Origin: the human T2T-CHM13v2.0 reference genome, Homo sapiens
Length of the DNA stretch: 64,000 nucleotides
Direction: 5' to 3' (one strand)
Assembly (NCBI RefSeq): GCF_009914755.1
Contig: NC_060947.1
Positions 63,751-64,000 of this stretch are shown piece after piece; position 1 is the stretch's first letter, and each line of letters begins with the position of its first letter. Below the pieces are notes generated by a model. That model worked only from the letters and a program-made list of their open reading frames with translations. It was not told the origin of the DNA and made no database searches. The translations under genes and the position numbers were made by a program.

Positions 63751-64000
63751 AAGAAAATATTTTAAATTGCCTTAGGTGTGATAAAGGATTGTGGTATGGT
63801 TTCTCTATGTTCTTATTTTGTGAGGTAAATACAAAAATGTAATATGTTATTTGAGACTTGCTTCAAAATAATCCAATGGGAAAAGGGAAAATAGGTAGGT
63901 ATACAGATAAAACAAAAGTGGCCATAAATTGATAACTGTTGAAGAGGGGTTGATGGACACATCAAGTTCATCATACTATTCTCTCTACTTTTATGTTTGA

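Overview
This is human-type genomic DNA lying entirely inside OPHN1 (oligophrenin-1, a BAR-PH-RhoGAP gene on Xq12), which runs on the minus strand. Only two coding exons are present: 19836-19931 (96 nt, ..[31 protein letters not shown]..) and 3886-3947 (62 nt, ..[20 protein letters not shown]). They splice in frame and encode part of the BAR domain. The rest is intron, filled with about 50 Alu elements or fragments, fragmented old L1s, LTRs, DNA-transposon fossils and simple repeats. None of the supplied ORFs looks like a real gene. I found no new gene system; the notable signals record retrotransposition and repair history. (1) An SVA_F-like element, an AluYb8 and an AluY are stacked on one ~17-bp target site. 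(2) The SVA SINE-R carries a cluster of six A>G changes resembling fossilised ADAR editing. (3) A segment at ~8.2 kb appears copied from ~23.5 kb into the 3' end of another Alu. (4) An L1 3' UTR contains a fold-back template-switch scar. (5) A ~50-nt polyadenylated fragment resembles an LTR R region. Repeat family names and consensus comparisons are from memory, and most repeat boundaries are approximate.
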